Made by a program: the position numbers and the translations under genes. A stretch of 64,000 nucleotides of DNA from Camelus dromedarius (lineage: Eukaryota): NCBI RefSeq assembly GCF_036321535.1, contig NC_087437.1, positions 7,316,001 to 7,380,000 on the forward strand. Direction: 5' to 3'. Below are positions 25,491 through 37,390 of this stretch, in pieces. Positions within the stretch are counted from its first letter, which is position 1; the number at the start of each line of letters is the position of its first letter. Below the pieces are notes generated by a model. The model was not told the DNA's origin. It saw nothing but the letters and a program-made list of their open reading frames with translations, and ran no database searches.

Positions 25491-26243
25491 CCTTGCTGCT
25501 CTATCCTGTTTCCTTTGTCACCAAAACATTAGTTTTCTCTGTCTTCTGTTAATTGCGTCTCCCCTTATAAACGTCTATCTTCCAGCCAATAATAACGCAG
25601 GTGAATTTTTGTTTCAATTCTCACTGAATGATTTTCCAACAATTTTTAAATACTCATCAGGAAAACATTTCTACAAGGTTATTAAGTCCTTCACAGGCAT
25701 GTTAGAGGGCCACTTCACCGGCAGCCAAAAAAAAAGTGCATTAATACATTCTTGTGTGTGAAGTAGGTTAAAAATAATATGTACACCGGAGATAATGGAA
25801 ACATGTTGACATTATTAAGGTTATAACACATTTGAAGTTACCTTAATTGTAATATTGAGCAAATTAAAGACTATCAAGTACAGTGTCCCTGAACACCCGG
25901 GTGCCGCATCTTCCCCCATTTGACTAATTGCCGTGACACTTGAGATCTCAGTGTGATTTTTCCTCCACACAAGTGCACAAGTGGAGGCCACTGCACCTCT
26001 TTAAATAAACAGGCAGATGTGCCTAAATAACAAATTTAATTTGTCAAGAGAAGTCAGAGTTGCAGCCCTGATCCTTGGGCTCTGCCACAGACATCCTCTG
26101 CCAGTTGAATAAAAGGGCAGTACGGCATTTTTTTTTTTTTTTCTCCACTGAGCCTATGTGAAAAAAAAGAGTCGTTCTTAACTGTGTCACCTGTATGTGA
26201 GCCCCGGACAGCCAGATGCCCCCAGTACAAATACGACGCAGCC

Positions 26244-26462
26244 CAAGGGGTCGGCAAATTTTGGCTCCCAGACAGTATGTTTTTCAAGCTTTGTGTGCTG
26301 GATGGTCTCTGCCCGTACTACTCAACTCTGTTAGTGAAGTGAAAACGCAGCTCCAGACAATCATAAACAAATGGGCGGGTATGTGTCCATGTCCCCCTTT
26401 AGTGTCAAAAACAGGCAGTTGCTGGATTTGGCCGCTGGGGGGGCTGTCGATGGCCTACCAAT
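26244..26462 (+). mobile_element. MER58A-like hAT-Charlie MITE
   Basis: ggggtcggcaaa...ggtctctg...actactcaactctg...gcagctccagacaat...aaaaacaggcagttgctggatttggcc. Confidence 0.7.
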
Positions 26463-26514
26463 GCAGTGGTGGATGGAGAGCTGGCCTCCGGAGGAAAGGC
26501 AGGCTAGTTCACCC

Positions 26515-27095
26515 TTTTATTTTTATTTTTTATTTTTTTAAATTGAAGTACAGTCAGTTACAATATGTCAATTTCCCATGTACAGCACAATGTCCCAGTC
26601 ATGCATCTACATACATATATTTGTTTTCATTTTCTTTTTCACTAAAGGTTATTACAAGATATTGAACATAGTTCCCTGTGCTATACATAAGAAAACGTTT
26701 TTTCTAATCTATTTCTATATATAGTGGCTAACATTTGTAAATCTCAAGCTTCCAAATTTATCTCTTCCCACCCGTTTCTCCAGTAACCATAAGATTGTTT
26801 ACTATGTCTATGAGTCTGTTTCTGGTTTTGTAGATGAGTTCATAGTGTCTTTTTCTTTCTTTCTTTCTTTCTTTTTTAGATCCCACATATGAGTGATACC
26901 ACATGGTATTTTTCTTTCTCATTCTGGCTTACTTTACTTAGAATGATGATCTCTAGGTCCATCCATTTTGCTGCAAATGGCATTATTTTATTCTTTTTTA
27001 TGGCTGAGTAGTATTCTATAGTATAAATATGCCACAGCTTCTTTATCCAGTCATCTGTCAGTGGATATTTAGGTTGCTCCAATGTCTTGGCTTTG
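26515..27095 (-). mobile_element. Young lineage-specific L1 3' end including the ORF2 C-terminus
   Basis: ORF 26876-27082(-) [47 protein letters not shown] is the L1 ORF2 C-terminus; T-rich tail at 26515-26540. Confidence 0.92.
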
Positions 27096-27267
27096 AATCA
27101 ATGATGCTGTGTGACTTCAGACAGTTCACATGTGATCCTATGCCTCTGCCTCCTCTAAGATCATTTCTGTCTCTGACAATCTGAGACTAAAATTTATTCT
27201 TGAAGAGCCCTTAGGAACCAGAAGATGGTCTAAATCAGAGATGACAAATATAGTTGGTTTCAGAACC

Positions 27268-27735
27268 TGTCTTCATTTGGTTCCCCTCCACCCCCCAAAC
27301 AGACCCTGAGACAAGGATTTGGGTGCAATGACTTATACTGGAGGTGGTTCCACAAAGCATGTGACAGGGTGGGGAAGGGTCTCAGGAGAGTGAAGACAGT
27401 TAAAGTGTGTCAATGTGTAAAGGGTCCCCACAGTGGGCAACTGGGACTCTATTCTGCTGGGAACTCTCTGAGAATCTACCTGGCAACATGTCAGTGTTGT
27501 CGCACTGAGGTGGCAAACAAGGCGGAATCTTCATCCAGCAACTCCCATCTCATTGGCTGATGGTTATTGGGGTGGGGAGTAGCTCTGTGGCCTGGTCTAC
27601 ATCTGTTCCAAGCACACCCCCGTGGGAAGAGAACAGCCTCAGGCAGCGAGGTACCGGAAGCCACCTGAGCTCTCTGAGGGCAACCTCTGGGGCAGGTCAA
27701 TGCGTTAGTGTAGAGCTTTGACAGCATCTGCTACA
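27268..27735 (-). mobile_element. ERVL solo LTR, LTR16-like
   Basis: TG...CA termini; cagaccctgagacaaggatttgggtgcaa...gtgggcaactgggact...cagcatctgctaca. Confidence 0.65.
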
Positions 27736-27799
27736 GAGAGGTCTCATCCAGGAAACAAGAATGAGATAAATAGATCTGTCAAGAGGACAACAGGGAGTG

Positions 27800-28545
27800 G
27801 TGGGGACTGTGCCAAACTGGAGAACACATGTCCAGTCTAAAAGGTTCACTGGTTTTGGCAGGTTTTATTAGGGTTCTCCTGAAAAGCAGACCCAATAGGA
27901 TACATATAGATATACAGATATGTATATATAAGAGGAGGCTTATTATAAGAATGGGCTCATGTGACTGTGAAGTTGAAAACTCCCACAGTCTGCTGCCTGC
28001 AAGTTGGAGACCCAGGAAAGCTACTGGTGTGATTCAATCCAAGTCTGAAGGCCTGAGATCAGGGGAGCTGACGGTGTAAGTTCCAGTCTGACCCAAAGAC
28101 CTGAGAGTCAAGGAGCCAATGAGGCCGGTCCCAGGCTAAATCCCAGGGGCTGAGAACCATGAATGCCAGGATCCAAGGACAGGAGTGCATGGGTGTCTCA
28201 GCTCAAGCAGAAAAAGCAGATTCACCTTTCCTCCATCTCTTTGGTCTATTCGGTCCCTCAACAGATTGGAGGTGCCCACCTACATTAGTGAGGGTGATCT
28301 TTGCTTAGTCTACGGGTTCAAATGTTAACTTCTTCCAGAAATGTCCTCACAGACACACCCAGAAATAATATTTTACCAGCTCTCTGGGCATCCCTTAGCC
28401 CAGTCACGTTAACACATAAAATTAACCATCACACAGATGTTTCAATTTTTCAATAGCACTCAGAAATCCAGCTTTTTATGTAAAATGCATCTTATTTTTA
28501 AATCTTAGCAACTAACTCAAAATTTTAAACACACAGAGCTGGCTA
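27800..28545. mobile_element. MER102-like hAT-Charlie element split by an MLT2 LTR
   Basis: Left piece gccaaactggagaacacatgtccagtctaaaagg; right piece cagaaatccagctttttatgtaaaat...gcaactaactcaaaattttaaacac. Confidence 0.5.
27864..28433 (-). mobile_element. ERVL solo LTR, MLT2B-like
   Basis: tattagggttctc...ggagacccaggaaagc...aagtctgaaggcctgaga...cctcacagacacacccagaaataat...cataaaattaaccatcaca; flanks caggt/cagat (4/5 TSD). Confidence 0.85.
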
Positions 28546-30489
28546 AGAAAAAAATTAGAAACAGTCAGGTCTAGCAGGACCTTAATGGTGAGAAGGGCCT
28601 TCTTATATCTATATAAAAGCAAAGAATCAAGCTTTCAAAGTGAATAAATGAATGAATGTAGGTTCAGCTACTTCAGAACCATTTCCTTCCTCTGTGCTTT
28701 ATCCCCAGACCTTCTGCTAATTCCTTATTTGGGCTACTGGTCCCTGTTCAGCAACCCCCCTCCCCACTAAAGCCAAAAGAGAAATGTTTTAGATGTTTTT
28801 CTAATCCTCTTCTAATCACTAAGTACTTCTTTTGTTTTGTTTCCTGGGTGCCCTTGAATTCCTTTCTATCATTCCCATCCTCAATACCTCTGTTGCCTTA
28901 ATTCAGGTCCCCAACACTTTTTTTTTTTTTTTTTGTGGCCTTATAACTTTTACTACTGGCATCAGCTGTAAGCAGACAATCCTGCCACTAGGAGCATCTT
29001 CAACCTATGTGTCAAACTGCAGGTAAGTTTCTCTCAAACACTGATCTGAACATGCGGCTTCCCAATTTAAAACCCAAGGGGTGATCTCCGTTGTCTAATG
29101 ATTAGCGAAGGTATAAATTCTTGGCGTGGTTTGTAATGTGCCTCATCACATTTGGTTCCATTTGCTACCCCTCTGCCAACATGCGGGGCGGTACCAAGCC
29201 ATGTGCTGCTCTCCGTGATCTTTTGCCTACTGGCAGCGACCTCTCACTGGACCTAGAACGCCTTCATCCTCACTCCCCTGAAATCTACACACACACACTT
29301 GTCTCCATCTCCCGGTAGCCATGAGCTACCTGGGCTTTTCTTGATACCAGATAACAGAAAGACCCATCTTCCACGGGGAATGTGAAGAAATATGATGCCC
29401 ACCTTCCCAACCTAGGGGATAGAATATCCCAAGCTAGGCTCAGAGGAATAAACTTTCCTTGATGCTTATACATGCCAGGCACCTCGTCTGCCCTCTACTG
29501 TCTCTGTCTCCGTGGCACCCCTAATTTAGCCCACTGCCATCATTATGGCAATCAGCTTTGCACAGTCAACAAATAGGAAGGAGACACCCTTGAATGTTTC
29601 TTTTTAGGGATCCTAGGAAGTGGCTATCTTTTGAAGCTTGGGAGATCGTTGTATTTGCGATGTACGACACCTGCCAATTAGCTGTGTAACAGTCCCCAGA
29701 TGCATTCAGGTGCTCAGACATTGAGGCACCAGGGTACCACTTAAATCTATGCATGTCCTCTCCCACGCCCCGGATCCACACATCAAATTAAGAGATGCAT
29801 TACAGTTACATAAATCTGACATAATAAATGTGGACAGAGGGAAAGATCTCTCAGACTATATGCTAGTCACAAAGGGGACTGTTTGTACAAATGGAGGCAA
29901 AAGGAAATGTGAAATGTTTCCAGATATTTAACCTACTGTCAGGTGGTAAGAGGGCTGTGATCCATTATAAAGGTCCTGACTATGGGAACTCAAAGGTTCA
30001 GAACACAATTTGAACAAGCAGGGCAGCTCTAGAACATCAGTGACCCTAAAGAAAGACAAGGAGGAAGGACACAGGTCAGAGTGGCTCTGAGATCCTTTGC
30101 CCAGAACTTGGAACCAACTGCAGTTCCCCTGCTTCTGTTCGAGTGGCCCTTTTTTAAAGGACCCAACACCATGTCATGGACCAAGAACCCCCTCTTCCTT
30201 CTCCACGTGGGTCAGGGGTCCAGATCCACCTCAGGTATCATCTCTGGAAAAGCCTCCATCTCTGGAGTTTGCTTTCTTGTTCATCACTCTTGTTGAACCC
30301 TTCTCAGAACTTGGTCATTCTCACCACACTGCTGCTACATGAATCTTTACCGCTCTACTAGATTTCAGGCCCTTTCAGAGGAAGGACTTGACTTTTTCTG
30401 TGAATCCCCAGTCTTTCAAATAACTGACCTAATAAACGTCTGTGGAATAAAGGAGTAAGTGAGTCTTTAGGTGAAAAGCTAGCGGCCCT

Positions 30490-30740
30490 CATGGCTAGAT
30501 TACCCTACAGGAGACCAGGCACGTGTTTAGGATACCCACAAAGCAAAGGCACCAAAAAATTAGAAAAATATTTGGAAATATTTTATTTTATAATGTTATT
30601 AAAAATAATGAGAAGAATCTCAATTTTACTGGATTTTCTTACTCTTATTTTACAGTTCAGAATTGCTTTTATATTATTTTGAATTACATAGAGAGACCTA
30701 CCATCTTTTCAGAGATTAAGATCTTAAAAATCTAAATTCA
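30490..30740. mobile_element. Possible hAT-Tip100-like terminal fragment
   Basis: catggctagattaccctacagg...ggcacgtg...aaaggcaccaaaaaa followed by AT-rich sequence resembles Tip100-group ends. Confidence 0.35.
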
Positions 30741-31539
30741 TCCGAGTCTTTTTTTTTTCTTTTATCCTTCAATGGTATAACCCCTTCACAAGGTATTAAG
30801 CAACTCCTGGAAAACCCACAGTATGAAATCTATGAACCCGTGCTGGAAATTTAAAGAAAAAAAATTGTTCATCACTTTCAATTACATCTTCAATACTGTA
30901 CTTCAGTATTACACAGGTTATATTTTTCTCTTGTCTAGCATTTCTATGAAGACCATCAAATATTTTCTTCTGGAGTCCCAATCCTTCAAGATCATCACTC
31001 TAAAATTTTGCTTCGTTAAGAATCCAGCCTTTAATGGGGAAGATGTTGCAAATTTGTGAACGTATTTGATGGTGATCACAACTTTTCCCAAAATAGAGGA
31101 ATACATCTGTCACAATAAAGCACTTAAGAACTCGCTCTGGCTCTCCGAAATATTTATCACAACAAACCCAAACTTGTTCAAATTTTTTGCTTTTAATTTT
31201 GCTCCCAAGAAGTGCACCGATTTGTTATTATTGCTGAGGAGAAAGACTATGACGCAGAGATATCAATGGAAAGGGCTTGTTTCCTTAGATGCCTGGAGGA
31301 ATGAAAGGAAGATTTGAGATAACAATCTAGGACCACAGTGCTTTTCTGCGCGCTAGTAAAGAATGCTAACGTTTGTGTCAACTTCAGTTGATTAATGAAT
31401 CCACCCCTTTTGGTTGATAGAGGTTCTTAAAAATGTGCAGGTGTTTCTGTATGGGAGACTGTTTGGTTTGGGCGAAGGAAAGAGATAGTTCAGAGAACAT
31501 GTTTTGATCCCTGATGATGTGCCCAAAGGCACATGCGAG

Positions 31540-32210
31540 AAGAGGTACCCTCCTCCTCCTGGGAGTGGGAGACTAGAGTATCAGTCGTGGCTCCCTGTGG
31601 GTTGATCGCAGCCTGGAATCATGTGAATTTCCTGGGCTGCTGCGTTTATTAGCTCAGATCCAACTGGTTCATTTCTAAGACCTGCTTGGCTCTGCAGATG
31701 GCCAAAGCTGCTGGCTGAGGTCTCTGTGTGGGCTCTGCTGCAGGCAGGAATGTTCTCCACCAAGGTCTGAGTGCTAGTTGCTGTAATCACTGCCCCTTCT
31801 CCATCCCCCTGTGGTCCCTAGTGATAGAGACCTGCAGGGGTGCCCAGTGACCCCGGTCTCTCAAGACTTGAGTGGGCCTCCCAGGAAGTGTCTTGCAATG
31901 CTGGGTGAGCTGGATGTCTGCCTTGGACTCTCTTTTCACTTCTGCAGAAACCATAGGACCAAGGAGTCCTCTCAGTGCAGCACTGACCTGGCCGGGGGGG
32001 AGGGCAATGCTGTCAGAATGTGGTCACTCCTGTAATCCTTCTTATATGGTCCTTCTCTGTCTCTGTAGTCCAGGGTGGTGCTCCAGCCTCATCCCTGGGT
32101 TCTGGGATTTGCACAATGGTGTCTTCTCGATGGTTAGTTCCTAGTTGGTCTTCTCAAGAAGGGGACTGAAGTCAAAAACGACCTCTGTCACCATCTTGGT
32201 GACATAACTC
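31540..32210 (-). mobile_element. L1 (L1M/L1MA-type) 5' UTR fragment
   Basis: Ends in ...gtcaccatcttggtgacataactc (antisense of the gagtnatgtcaccaagatgg L1 5' start); GC-richer antisense UTR blocks. Confidence 0.65.
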
Positions 32211-32576
32211 TATTAATGCTCTCTGCAGCCGGGATGGCCCAGGACCCTCACCAGCAACTCATTTTTAGAACGAAGCTGCATCCTATCGTATCTTCTCCAA
32301 AAAATTAAGGATTTCATCCTGACATATTTGGCAGGCAGGGCAATTTTGCATGCCAGTAATAACAGTGAGTTATTCAAGGTCACATAGCTAGTAAGTGGAA
32401 GAGCCAAAGATGCAAACTGAGATCTGCCTCATTCCCAAGCTCGGGCTCCTAACATACTTTGCCGCGTTGATGATGAACGTGATGTTAACCACTTACGACA
32501 CACCACGCTGCATTTTCTCTCTGAAAACCATCAAGAAGTCGTACCCTTTTTTCTGTTTTTTCCTGAGGATAGCTCT

Positions 32577-32791
32577 AGATCTGTGCAATCCAGTACAGTA
32601 GCTATAAGCCACTTGTGGTGACTTAAATGTAAAATAATTAAAGTTAAATGAAATTTAAAATACAGTTTCTCAATCACACTGGCCACATTTCAAGTATTCA
32701 GAAGCCACCAGTGGCTAGTGTCTCCCACACTGGACAGTGCAGAGATAGAACACTCCCATTTCTGCAGAAAGTTGTATTGGACAATGCTGCT
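32577..32791 (-). mobile_element. MER3 hAT-Charlie MITE
   Basis: agccacttgtggtg...gccacatttcaagt...gtggctagtg...ggacagtgcagagatagaaca...gcagaaagttgtattggacaatgctg. Confidence 0.8.
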
Positions 32792-33072
32792 TTAATCTTT
32801 TCTTTGACAATTTATTAAAGAGAACCAGTAGCAACAGGTCGTGCAATGTATTCTCATCAGACGCCACTATTTAAATACAACACCCTTCCCCATGAGGATG
32901 CACTTACTTTAGCTGAAAAAAAAAAGTTTTAGTTCATTCACTTAACATTTTTTCTCGAGTATGTACTATTTACTTGGCTCTGTGAAGAATCAACAGAATG
33001 TAAGCATAGTCCCTTCCCTATGAGTAGATTATAAGCTAATGCTGGAAATAAACATTTTTAAAAATGTCATTT

Positions 33073-33395
33073 CTTTTTTTTTTAAACTTTTTAATCTTTT
33101 TTTACTGAAGTATAGCCAGTTTACAATGTTGTGTCAATTTCTGGTGTACAGCATAATGCTTCAACCATACATGTACATGCATATATTGGTTTTCATATTC
33201 TTTCTCATTATAAGTTACCAGAAGATATTGAATATAGTTCCCTGTGCTTTACAGAGAACCTTGTTGTTTATTTTATATATACTAGTTAGGATCTGCAAAT
33301 CTCGGACTCCCATTTTATCCCTCCCTTCGTTTCCCACCCCTCCCCTGCCCCGTCCTCGGTAACCGGAAGTTTATTTTCTATGTGTGTTCTGTGAA
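33073..33395 (-). mobile_element. 5'-truncated lineage-specific L1 3' end
   Basis: ctgaagtatagccagtttacaatgttgtgtcaatttctggtgtacagcataatg...gatattgaatatagttccctgtgct; same family as 26515-27095. Confidence 0.85.
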
Positions 33396-35589
33396 ATCTG
33401 GAGCATGTTGTAGCAGACGTTGAGTGCTGTAGGAGCAGGACAACGGAGAGACTGCAGTCAGTGACACCGCCACCGATGTCAGGGTCACTAAGGCCAGCCC
33501 TCCGCTCTTTGAGCAATCCAGCCAGACTGCCCTCCACCAAAAACTCAATGGGAATTGCACAAATTTCCCCGCCAGTCCATGACTTAGCTGCCATCTTCAG
33601 ACATGATTCATTTCATTGCTGCAAAAAAATGGCACCAGGCAGCTGCGTGAAACACCAGCTAGCTCTATCCCCAGAGCAGGTGGGCGTTTCTCTTCTTCCT
33701 ATTGCTGGTTTACAACAGAAGCTATCATCTTCAAATCACCCCTGAGACACAGGAAGCCAAATACAAACGGACTTAGATCAGACGGGCCTCCCACTTGTCC
33801 CCAATAAATCATTTGAAATTAAGAGCACTTCCATTTGGAGCCAGGCAACACGGGAATGCTAGAGGGCAAATGCCAGGCTACAAGGGAGGATGTGAGAGCT
33901 GGCCCACAGGCAAGGTGGAGGCCCCACACTGCTCTGCATTAAAATACCACTTTTGTTACAAAGAAGAGTGAGCAATCTTCATCCGGAGTCTGTGTGTGTG
34001 GGATTGTGCCTTTAAATAAATAATTCCTAGCTCAATGTTTCAGTCTCCCTCGTCTAGTTAGAGTTGCAAAGGGGAAAATAAAATGGCAAAGTTGTACCAT
34101 TGGATTACCCCAAGGAATGATCTTAATATTTGACTTGCAGACTCTGATTAATACTGCATAGGTAATACTTTTGATGGAAGGCAGGGGTAGCCAGCCTCGT
34201 GTCGTCTGGGGAAGGCGGAAGCCAATCACACACGAAGGGAACCTGTAGAGTTCCTCCTTGGGGTCAAAGAGTCACCGTGCATAGCTGAAGATTCTGCCAT
34301 TCAGTCCTTGTGAAAAGGAAGCCTGGAGCGGCAAGAAGAGAACTAACCCATCCCGCTGATTAGAGAGGATGCTCAGGTGGGAGTGTTTCCTCCAACAGAT
34401 CATGGAGTCTGCTTCATATTTCAGTTGCCACCAGTTCTGACGCTCATTTGCATATAAAGCATCTGGAATAGCAAAACTAATTTGAATCTTCTTTTATAAA
34501 ATGTTAGCAGGATTAAAGGATCAGGTAGCTGGTTCCCTTACAAGATTCACTGGAGGGAAGTCAGACAGAGGATGAGATAAAATCATTAGGCCAGTCTCAC
34601 TCCGGCAACAGTCCCTGCATCAACTCAGTCTCTAAAAAGGATATATTGATCTTTCTTCCCCTCCAGACTTCAGAGTGATCTACAGTACAGACTTCAACTG
34701 TAGACACACCTGTGACCCTCTTATCTCCCCCAGATTTCTTAGGTCCTCTGATCTTTGGCCTCACCACAGCCCTGTGGGGGCCCCCAGGAGGTGTCCTACT
34801 TTGAACACCTGGGTAGGTTACGGCTACAGTTTCCATCACGGACCTGTTTTCTGGGTTGCTTCTTCCCTTTGTCTTTATGGTGAAGACAACATCTGGCAAG
34901 AACATACAAGGACATCATCTCTGGATTTAAAAGAGAAGTCGTTTTTAAGTTTATCTTTTAAAATTTATAACAAAACACAGGTTTACAGATGGTAGGAATC
35001 TTAAAACCCTGCAGTTAATGCTAACTGTTTGGTTGAATAGAAAAGGAAACTGAAACCCAAGGAGACTTCTACAGGGTCCTAGAACTGGTCAATGACTGGG
35101 TCAGGCTTAGAATTCAAGACTTCTTATTTCTTCTTTCTGGTTCTGTCCCATCTTATTCAATTTCTTAACAAGGACTTATTGAGAAAAACCTATGAGAGAA
35201 GCTCTCATCTTCATTCTGGGGGATGAAAAGATGATGAAGGCACAGCTCTGTCCCCAAGGGTCAGCAGCTGATTAGAACAATATAATTATTAACTCAAATA
35301 AAAGCCAGGGAGGTCATCTAAGAAAGGGAAATAAAAAATACCTCAACAGAGGTTCAGAAGGAGAAATTGGATAGAGTTCTAGGGTTATAGAGAATTTGAA
35401 AACAGGAGGGTGGCTGTTCATGATCACATTGGGTGAGTTTTGGTATTGGTTCAACCCATGAGACCAGGCCTTCCATCTTTTAAATGAACCCACTGGCCCC
35501 CTCCCACTGGTAAAACGTTCCTTGTAAGAAGGCCACGGCCTGCAAGTGGACCCAGGAATGAGGAGTGACAGTGACACAGCCTAGTGATG

Positions 35590-35860
35590 CCTGCACGTCC
35601 TCGAATCTCCTTCCTTTTGTAATGCTCCATGGATCTTCCTGATCATTTCTCTGAACTGATAATGAGGTGCAGTGTCTTGCGGAAGATCTCTTGGTCTATT
35701 TTGTTGGCTGAGCATTTTTATAATGAGTGGGGGCTTCGTCTGGTGAAATGATTTTTTTTCTGTTATTTCTATTGAGATGATCTGATTGAATGGTTTTTCT
35801 TCTTGTAGTGTGTTAAGATGCTGAATTACAGTCATTGATTTTTGAATGTCAAGTCAACTG
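35590..35860 (-). mobile_element. Old L1 ORF2 reverse-transcriptase fragment
   Basis: ORF 35581-35835(-) VIQHLN...IISIEITEKKSFHQTKPPLIIKMLS is a decayed version of the L1 RT segment VIQHINR...[22 protein letters not shown]. Confidence 0.75.
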
Positions 35861-35889
35861 TGAACAGTCTTCACAGACCTGTGGCCTGC

Positions 35890-35997
35890 TCTCTTCCTCT
35901 CTCTCACCTTCCTCCTTCCCCCTTCCCTTCCTTTTTCTTTCCTTCCCTTCCTTCCTTCTTCCCTTCCTTTTCCCTCTTCCTCTTCCTCCTCCTCCTG
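35890..35997. repeat. Polypyrimidine (CT-rich) low-complexity tract
   Basis: ~105 nt almost entirely C/T. Confidence 0.9.
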
Positions 35998-36639
35998 GGC
36001 TTTTTCAGACGATTTTTTTGTGCTTCTTGTTTTCATCTTCCTCTTACTGAGCATAGGAAGTTCTCTCAAGATCTCGCTGTTTTGTACATTGTGGGTACAT
36101 TTTCCTTGACATTTATTATTTTATCTGAGATCTGTTTCTTTTACCCTCCAAGGTACAGTTCAAGGACTGTGTATGGATGTCCTTTTATCACCTCTGTAGC
36201 CCTTCAGTGCTGAGAGAGATGGACAGTGAGAATGTGTGTGCATGCGTGCGTGTGTGTGTATATGTGTGTGTGAGAGAGAGAGAGAGATGGGGAGACTATG
36301 GCTTAACTGGGCTATTTCCTCCCTTTGCTGGGTGACCTGGCCTCTCTCTTCTTTCTCTTTCGACAAGTTGTTACACATCTGGTGCCAGGGTTCACTTCCC
36401 TACTCAGGAATGCATTTCCTTAAGAGAGACATCCCTAAGCTTTAACTCTTTCTCTCATCTTAGGATGGAGGCTTTGAAAATGGTGAATCAGACAGCTTTT
36501 GACATGAGGTTGTTAGGTAGATCATGGTCTCCTGAACTCTCTACTCACTCTGTATTGCACTTTTCTTCAAATTGGGGTGAGTGTGAGTTTAGAGGGGGAA
36601 ATATTAGGAAATTTTTTCAATTAATTTATAAATTTCATC

Positions 36640-37390
36640 TTCTGCTCAATATCGCTAATTATCAGAGAAATGCACATCAAACTACAATGAGGTATCATCG
36701 CACCTCAGTCTGAATGACCAGTGTTAAGAAGCCCACAAATGATAAATGCCAGAGAGGGTGTGGAGAAAAGGGAACCCACACTTAACACTGCTGGTGGGAA
36801 TGTAATTTATTGCAGCCACTATGGAGAACAGGATAGAGATTCCTTAAAAAACTAAAAATAGACTTACTAGATGACCCAGCAATCTCACCCCTCGACATAT
36901 ATCTGGAGGAAACAAGAATTTGAAAAGATACGTGCACCTCAGTGTTCATAAAGACTCTGTTTACAATTGCCAAGACATGGAAGCAACCTAAATGTCCATC
37001 GACAGATGACTGGATAAAGAAGCTGTGAGAGATATATATGCTGTTATTACATACAATAGCAACGCGGATGGACCTAAAGATTGTCATACTAAACGAAGTA
37101 AGTGAGACAGAGAAAGACAAATGCCACATGATATCACTTATAAGTGAAACCTAAAAGAATGATGCAAATGAACTTATTTACAGAACAGAAACAGACTCAC
37201 AGACATAGAGAATGAACGTATGGTTACCGAAGGAGAAAGCGGGGGGAAAGGGATAAATTAGGAGCTTGGGATTTGCAGATACAAACTACTATATATAAAG
37301 CAGATTAAAAACAAGGGCCTACTATAGCATAGGGAACTATATTAAATATCCTGTAATAACCTATAATGAAAAAGAACATATATATAAATG
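36640..37390 (+). mobile_element. Lineage-specific L1 3' fragment (ORF2 C-terminus and 3' UTR)
   Basis: atcagagaaatgcacatcaaactacaatgaggtatca...gtggagaaaagggaaccc...gcagccactatggagaac...caagacatggaagcaacctaaatgtccatcgacagatgactggataaag. Confidence 0.92.

Noticed and set aside
30796..31224. Mariner transposase assignment (IVTD, LHRNAR, SDEQFF, GLYH resemble IVTGD, HDNA, SDF, GWYH)
   Set aside because: Spacing between the motifs is about a third shorter than in mariner DD34D domains and catalytic residues are missing; probably coincidental.
31511..31545. Second hammerhead candidate: CTGATGA followed by the hairpin tgtgcc-caaa-ggcaca
   Set aside because: The stem is followed by tgcgagaa rather than GAAA, and I find no stems I or III.
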